Of a DNA stretch of 32,000 nt, positions 27,930-32,000 are shown one piece after another. Under the pieces are notes generated by a model that was given only the letters and a program-made list of their open reading frames with translations, was not told the DNA's origin and did not search any database. The stretch is from Halalkalibacterium halodurans (lineage in GTDB: Bacteria > Bacillota > Bacilli > Bacillales > Bacillaceae_D), in the NCBI RefSeq assembly GCF_004376175.1, contig NZ_SNUY01000037.1, forward strand, positions 7,455 through 39,454. Direction: 5' to 3'. Numbering within the stretch: the stretch's first letter is position 1; every line of letters starts with the position of its first letter. The position numbers and the translations under genes are program-made.

Positions 27930-28615
27930 ACAAGCGGCATAACATTTTGATTGTAGATGATGAACTAGATCTACGCGAACTCGTAACGTCCTATTTACGA
28001 AAAGAAGGGTTTGCTGTTTATACAGCAGAGACGGGAGATGAAGCAATCAAACGGCTTGAACAGGAGCCAATGGATCTTGTCGTCCTTGATGTCATGATGG
28101 ATGAAATGGACGGCTTTACTGCTTGTAAAGAAATCCGTGCGTTTTCGCAAATACCGATTATTATGTTGACAGCAAGAGGTGGAGAAGACGACAAAGTCAT
28201 GGGCTTACAAATCGGAGCCGATGATTACATTGTCAAACCGTTTAGTCCCCGTGAGCTCGTCGCCCGAATCGAAGTTGCCTTGCGAAGAACGCAAGGAATC
28301 CAGCAAGTGGATGATACCGGATATCGCTTCAACGAGCTTCGCATCCAGCCTAGCGGTCGCAAGGTGTTTGTGAATGGTCAAGAGATCTCACTAACAAAAA
28401 AAGAGTACGATTTGCTAGTTTTTCTATTGGAACATCGTGGACGTGTGTTTACACGAGAGCATCTCCATGACCGCTTGTGGGGAATGGATACCCAGCAAGG
28501 GACGCTTCGGACAGTTGATACTCACATCAAAACGTTACGCTTAAAACTAAAGCCAGCTGATCGATTCATCAAAACCGTTTGGGGTGTTGGGTATAAGTTC
28601 GAGGTAGACTCATGA
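27926..28615 (+). CDS. OmpR/PhoB-family response regulator
   Basis: Receiver domain (ILIVDDE, DLVVLDVMM phospho-Asp, KPF) plus a winged-helix output domain (LTKKEYDLLVFL..., VWGVGYKF). Confidence 0.92.
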   Translation: MNKRHNILIVDDELDLRELVTSYLRKEGFAVYTAETGDEAIKRLEQEPMDLVVLDVMMDEMDGFTACKEIRAFSQIPIIMLTARGGEDDKVMGLQIGADDYIVKPFSPRELVARIEVALRRTQGIQQVDDTGYRFNELRIQPSGRKVFVNGQEISLTKKEYDLLVFLLEHRGRVFTREHLHDRLWGMDTQQGTLRTVDTHIKTLRLKLKPADRFIKTVWGVGYKFEVDS

Positions 28616-30000
28616 AAAATTGGTCGATCAAAGCAAAAGTATGGAGCGCTATTTTCGCAATCATCGTCGCCGTTAGTGTTGGCGCCCTTGCGATGACATT
28701 TTTCCTTTATGAACGACTTTATATCGACAAGCAGATCGATCGTTTATTCATGGAAGGGCAAGAGCTTCGCACTGTATATGCGGAGCATGGAGCGAATGAC
28801 TATTTTTTCGAACGGATTCAATGGGCAAACGACAGCAAAGAGCTCACGCTAACTTATACAGAGGATCCGATGCAGCTTGGGAGTGGCTCACCATTTGAAC
28901 CTTTTGCAAATGAACATTTGATCACGTTTGACGAAAGACAGCAGCTGCTAGAAGGGGAAACGGTCGTCATGATACGGGAGAATGCGTACTTTGAGCAAAA
29001 AATTCTCGGGGTAGCGCTCCCTTTATTTGACAATGAACAACTCGCTGGAGCGTTATTTTTTTCGTTGCCGCTATCCGATGTGTATGAGCCGTTTTTAAAC
29101 GTAGGAAAAATACTATTGCTTTCTTTAAGCGTCATCATCTTGCTGATTATCCTAATCGGTAAAAAGGTTGTGAACCATGTGGTTACCCCACTGACCGACA
29201 TGAAAGAAGCAGCGATTCAGATGGCGAAGGGGGATTTTTCGTTACGTATTTCTTCAACAAGAAGTCGAAAGGACGAGATAGGTCAACTGGCTGAATCCTT
29301 TAATACGTTATCGTCATCCCTCGAACGAGTGGAAGAAAAGCGGCGGGAGTTTCTTGCTGATGTGTCTCATGAGCTGCGTACGCCGCTTAGTTATATGAAA
29401 GGTTACGCAGAGGGTGTAGAGGAAGGAGTGATTGATCCGAGCAAAGGGCTTTCCATCATTCAAAAGGAAGCAAACCGATTGGAGCGACTCGTTAATGACT
29501 TATTGGATTTGGCTCAACTAGAAGGGGAGTCCTATGTGATGAAGGATGAACCGATTGCATTCGCCCAGCTAGTCTATGAGGTAGTGGAGCAATTTCGCTA
29601 TCTCGCAGCGCAAAAAAGGCTTCAGGTCCACTTAGATCTAGATGAGGATGTCATTATTTCAGGAGATCCTGATCGGATCGAGCAAGTCATTCGCAATCTG
29701 TTAGATAATGCGATCAAATACGCACATGAAGAGACAACAATCTCACTTACGATAGGGCGTGAAGGAAGCAGGGCCCAATTTATTCTTTCGGATCAAGGGA
29801 TCGGCATTCCCGAGGACAAGCTCGCTCTTGTGTTCGAACGTTTTTATCGTGTAAATAAATCTCGGTCTCGGAAAAAGGGCGGGACGGGATTAGGCTTGGC
29901 GATCGCCTCACAAATTATTAAAAAGCATGGGGGCACCATAGACATCACTTCACAGGAACTAAAAGGGACGACCGTAACGATTACATTGAAAACGTTATAA
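28612..30000 (+). CDS. Sensor histidine kinase (2 TM + extracytoplasmic loop + HAMP + HisKA + HATPase_c)
   Basis: ATGA overlap with the regulator gene. TM1 about aa 12-32, TM2 about aa 165-185. HAMP domain; H-box FLADVSHELRTPLS; N-box NLLDNAIKY; G-boxes DQGIGI and GGTGLGLAI. Confidence 0.92.
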   Translation: MKNWSIKAKVWSAIFAIIVAVSVGALAMTFFLYERLYIDKQIDRLFMEGQELRTVYAEHGANDYFFERIQWANDSKELTLTYTEDPMQLGSGSPFEPFANEHLITFDERQQLLEGETVVMIRENAYFEQKILGVALPLFDNEQLAGALFFSLPLSDVYEPFLNVGKILLLSLSVIILLIILIGKKVVNHVVTPLTDMKEAAIQMAKGDFSLRISSTRSRKDEIGQLAESFNTLSSSLERVEEKRREFLADVSHELRTPLSYMKGYAEGVEEGVIDPSKGLSIIQKEANRLERLVNDLLDLAQLEGESYVMKDEPIAFAQLVYEVVEQFRYLAAQKRLQVHLDLDEDVIISGDPDRIEQVIRNLLDNAIKYAHEETTISLTIGREGSRAQFILSDQGIGIPEDKLALVFERFYRVNKSRSRKKGGTGLGLAIASQIIKKHGGTIDITSQELKGTTVTITLKTL

Positions 30001-30096
30001 AGGCCTTGCACGATTTACAAGAGAAAACATACGATAAAGCAGTGAAAAAAATTAACTTTTTTATGATGAAGCTTGCCTATAGTTTAAAAAATATTG

Positions 30097-30126
30097 TTGA
30101 CAGGTAAAAAATAAACGTGTTACATT
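30097..30126 (+). promoter_or_regulatory. SigA promoter (extended -10) driving the M-box leader
   Basis: TTGACA (30097-102), an 18-nt spacer ending in TGT, then TACATT (30121-26). Confidence 0.6.
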
Positions 30127-30145
30127 CAAACATGTGAATTGAATC

Positions 30146-30303
30146 ATCCTCGTTAGGTGAGGCTCCTGTGCTGGAGATACGCTGCTGCCCAAAAACGTCC
30201 AAAGACGCCAATGGGTCAACAGAAACCATCGACATAAGGTGGTTTTTAACGTAGCTGGCTTCGTCCTATGCCGCACAGTGCTAAAGCTCTACGAATGGAG
30301 GGG
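30146..30303 (+). promoter_or_regulatory. M-box (ykoK leader) Mg2+-sensing riboswitch aptamer
   Basis: Contains GTTAGGTGAGGCTCCTG..GGAGATACGCTGCTGCCCAAAAA.GTCCAAAGACGCCAATGGGTCAACAGAAA..ATCGACATAAGGTG...GCTGG...CCTATGCC.CACAGTGCTAAAGCTCTACGA. This is nearly the B. subtilis mgtE leader as I recall it. Confidence 0.9.
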
Positions 30304-30347
30304 TTTGGTGATCATTAGTCATGCTTTTTTTGTGCTGCTCATGTTGA

Positions 30348-30375
30348 CACCTTCCATTCGTGGAGGGTGTTTTTT
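30348..30375 (+). terminator. M-box expression-platform terminator
   Basis: CACCTTCC (30348-55) pairs with GGAGGGTG (30362-69), one G.U. T6 follows. The 5' arm can alternatively pair with CGAATGGAGG at 30292-30301, forming an antiterminator. Confidence 0.75.
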
Positions 30376-30536
30376 GTTTAAAATAGAGTCTCGGAATAAA
30401 TAACAATTTTCCGGGTGAAATGAACCAAAATTACTGGAAATTGGATTGGAATGGCCTGCACACTCATTATTTTCATTGTATTTTCAAAAATGTGCATGAC
30501 AAAGAAACCTATTGCCATTATTTTTTTAAAAATTGA

Positions 30537-32000
30537 CTAGGCGGCTTTAGGAAAGATGATTTCTTCAATATTTAACTGCTCTTTCTGACTGCTGTACCAA
30601 GCATCGATGTGCTGACACATCATTATGGCGTATAGGCGAATGTACCACATTTTTGTTGACCGGTGGCGTCCAGATTCCAAGTGATAATCTATTTTTTCTC
30701 TTTTATTAGAACGTTCAACAGAGGTTCTTCGTTTGTATATAAGTTTCCACTTTTCAGAGGACCTTGGTGTTTTGGTAAATAATCGTAGATTATCCTCTCT
30801 GAATGTATGGAATGTCCGACCATATTTTGCTTTTGAACACGGTGATGAGCATGTATTTTTGGTACCGCAAGCAAGTGGACAACGCCATTTTTGCCGATTT
30901 TGAGATTTGTCAAACCCGTTGGGCTTCATCTCCTTCCCAATCGGACAGATTGGAACACCTGTTGGAGATATTTGAATATCACTTTCTGTACTAAAGTTCT
31001 TCTTTGTTCGAACATTTAAATCGATGAAGGGTTCCACATTTTGATGTTCAAGTAGCTCATAAATGGCCTCAGCATCGTGCGCTGCATCAAGAAGAATTTT
31101 ATCAATCGTGCCCAAGGTGTACCGTTGCGAAAATTCAATTGAACTAACCACTAGGCTGACTGAATCATGCCGGGAAGCAGGATGCAGCCGTGGATATAGC
31201 GGTAAGTCGTATTGGCTATCGCTAGTGGATATCATGTAGAGATGATATCCGTTGAAGTACTTTTCCTTAGAACTATCCCAGCCTGAGTCGATGTCGGGTT
31301 GTGAATACTGGCGTGGGTGAGTACAGTTCGTTAGTCCTTGGGCACTACAATTACAGGTTGATTTACTTCTCGGGTACCTAGCTGTTTCAATTGGTGTCCC
31401 ATCTCCAACTACACCTAGAGCTTCGGGATCCCCAAGAAGACCAAGTTTCGTAGAAACCGCTAAAAATTGGGATTGAAAAAACTCAAATAATCGGTCTCCT
31501 GGCAGTTGTTTTTGTTTGGAACCATAACGCATTGCCCGATCAACGAGTTTACGAACAATTCCGGGATTCTTAGGTTCAGCTTTTTCACCCTTTTTAGGCT
31601 TCTTTTTCTTTTTTGACTTTTTCTTTTTAGGTTTGACCTTCGGCATAACATTCGGGCTTTCGAAGGCCCATAAACGTTTGAAAAAGTCTTCAAATGTTCC
31701 AACACCTGGTGTGTCACCGGGTTCAAAACCGCTAAGAATTGCATACAACGGAACGCGACGAAGTTGATCAACCCAATGAGTAATACCTTTTGTAGGTTGA
31801 ACAAATAATGAAAGCAGATAAGAACGCATCATAGAAGCAGGGTCACGAGGCTTTGGTCCCTTTTTGGAATAGGAATCACCAAGCCATGTAGTTACCGAAG
31901 AGAGATCAGTTATCCAAAGCTTTTTAATTACTGGCCAATCCTTATTAACAAGGGTAAGAATGCCGCCAGAATAATGGGCATTTAACTGATTTAGAACGAA
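30537..32000 (-). CDS. IS4/IS5-superfamily DDE transposase (DUF772-like N-terminus, DDE_Tnp_1 core), 5'-partial at window edge
   Basis: The minus-strand frame stays open from the ORF-track ATG (31832) to nt 32000, so the gene starts outside the window. Motifs: PKPRDPASMMRSYLL...GVGTFEDFFKRLW; GDGTPIE (D1); LLDAAHDAEAIY (D2); and YKRRTSVERSNKREK, which fits the Y-x2-R-x3-E-x6-K signature. Confidence 0.8.
   Translation of the reverse strand, partial: FVLNQLNAHYSGGILTLVNKDWPVIKKLWITDLSSVTTWLGDSYSKKGPKPRDPASMMRSYLLSLFVQPTKGITHWVDQLRRVPLYAILSGFEPGDTPGVGTFEDFFKRLWAFESPNVMPKVKPKKKKSKKKKKPKKGEKAEPKNPGIVRKLVDRAMRYGSKQKQLPGDRLFEFFQSQFLAVSTKLGLLGDPEALGVVGDGTPIETARYPRSKSTCNCSAQGLTNCTHPRQYSQPDIDSGWDSSKEKYFNGYHLYMISTSDSQYDLPLYPRLHPASRHDSVSLVVSSIEFSQRYTLGTIDKILLDAAHDAEAIYELLEHQNVEPFIDLNVRTKKNFSTESDIQISPTGVPICPIGKEMKPNGFDKSQNRQKWRCPLACGTKNTCSSPCSKAKYGRTFHTFREDNLRLFTKTPRSSEKWKLIYKRRTSVERSNKREKIDYHLESGRHRSTKMWYIRLYAIMMCQHIDAWYSSQKEQLNIEEIIFPKAA

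Noticed and set aside
30061-30276. 71-aa ORF on the - strand
   Set aside because: It overlaps the M-box promoter and aptamer, and the riboswitch explains the sequence conservation.
30419-30538. 39-codon ORF (MNQNYWKLDWNGLHTHYFHC...) between the M-box terminator and the transposase stop
   Set aside because: It has a weak SD with too-short spacing and no resemblance to MgtE/MgtA N-termini. It probably lies within the IS terminal region.
31460-31804. 114-aa alternative-frame ORF inside the transposase, together with the poly-Lys tract KKKKSKKKKKPKK
   Set aside because: The A/T-rich run gives K/R-rich translations in any frame. The main frame carries all the DDE/YREK motifs, and there is no evidence for programmed frameshifting.

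Overview
This looks like a chromosomal segment of a Firmicutes/Bacillaceae-type genome, judged from strong GGAGG ribosome-binding sites, TTG/GTG starts, a Ger-type spore germinant receptor operon, aprX, bdbC, and TPP and M-box riboswitches. Order along the window:

- **1-3.4 kb:** a 5'-partial AcoR-GAF/PAS histidine kinase, a SnoaL-like protein, and a decayed sigma-like/anti-sigma-like pair.
- **3.4-10 kb:** a LacI-controlled beta-glucoside locus. It holds GH1 bglA, a CUT1 ABC binding protein, two permeases, a YesL-like protein and a LacI regulator, with four related operator-like palindromes.
- **10-16.6 kb:** frameshifted aprX, an EamA transporter, an acyl-CoA ligase, and a TPP riboswitch with thiC.
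- **16.8-17.8 kb:** an internally deleted IS1182-like remnant bounded by 18-nt inverted repeats. It is followed by a GC-rich structured repeat.
- **18-22 kb:** a gerK-order (A-C-B) germinant receptor operon whose A subunit is broken at an A9 tract.
- **22-26.6 kb:** a small membrane protein, a second EamA transporter, an RraA/HMG-aldolase-like gene divergent from a MocR regulator remnant, bdbC with a membrane thioredoxin, and a GNAT.
- **27-30 kb:** a translationally coupled operon of a beta-propeller lipoprotein, an OmpR-type regulator and a HAMP kinase.
- **30.1-32 kb:** a complete M-box (Mg2+) riboswitch whose downstream gene is replaced by an IS4-type transposase running off the window.

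I found no CRISPR array, rRNA/tRNA gene, or recognisable defence or toxin system. The notable signals are the high density of disrupted genes, the orphaned riboswitch, the IS remnant with its GC-rich element, and the lipoprotein-coupled two-component system. All homology statements rest on motif recognition by eye, not on database searches.
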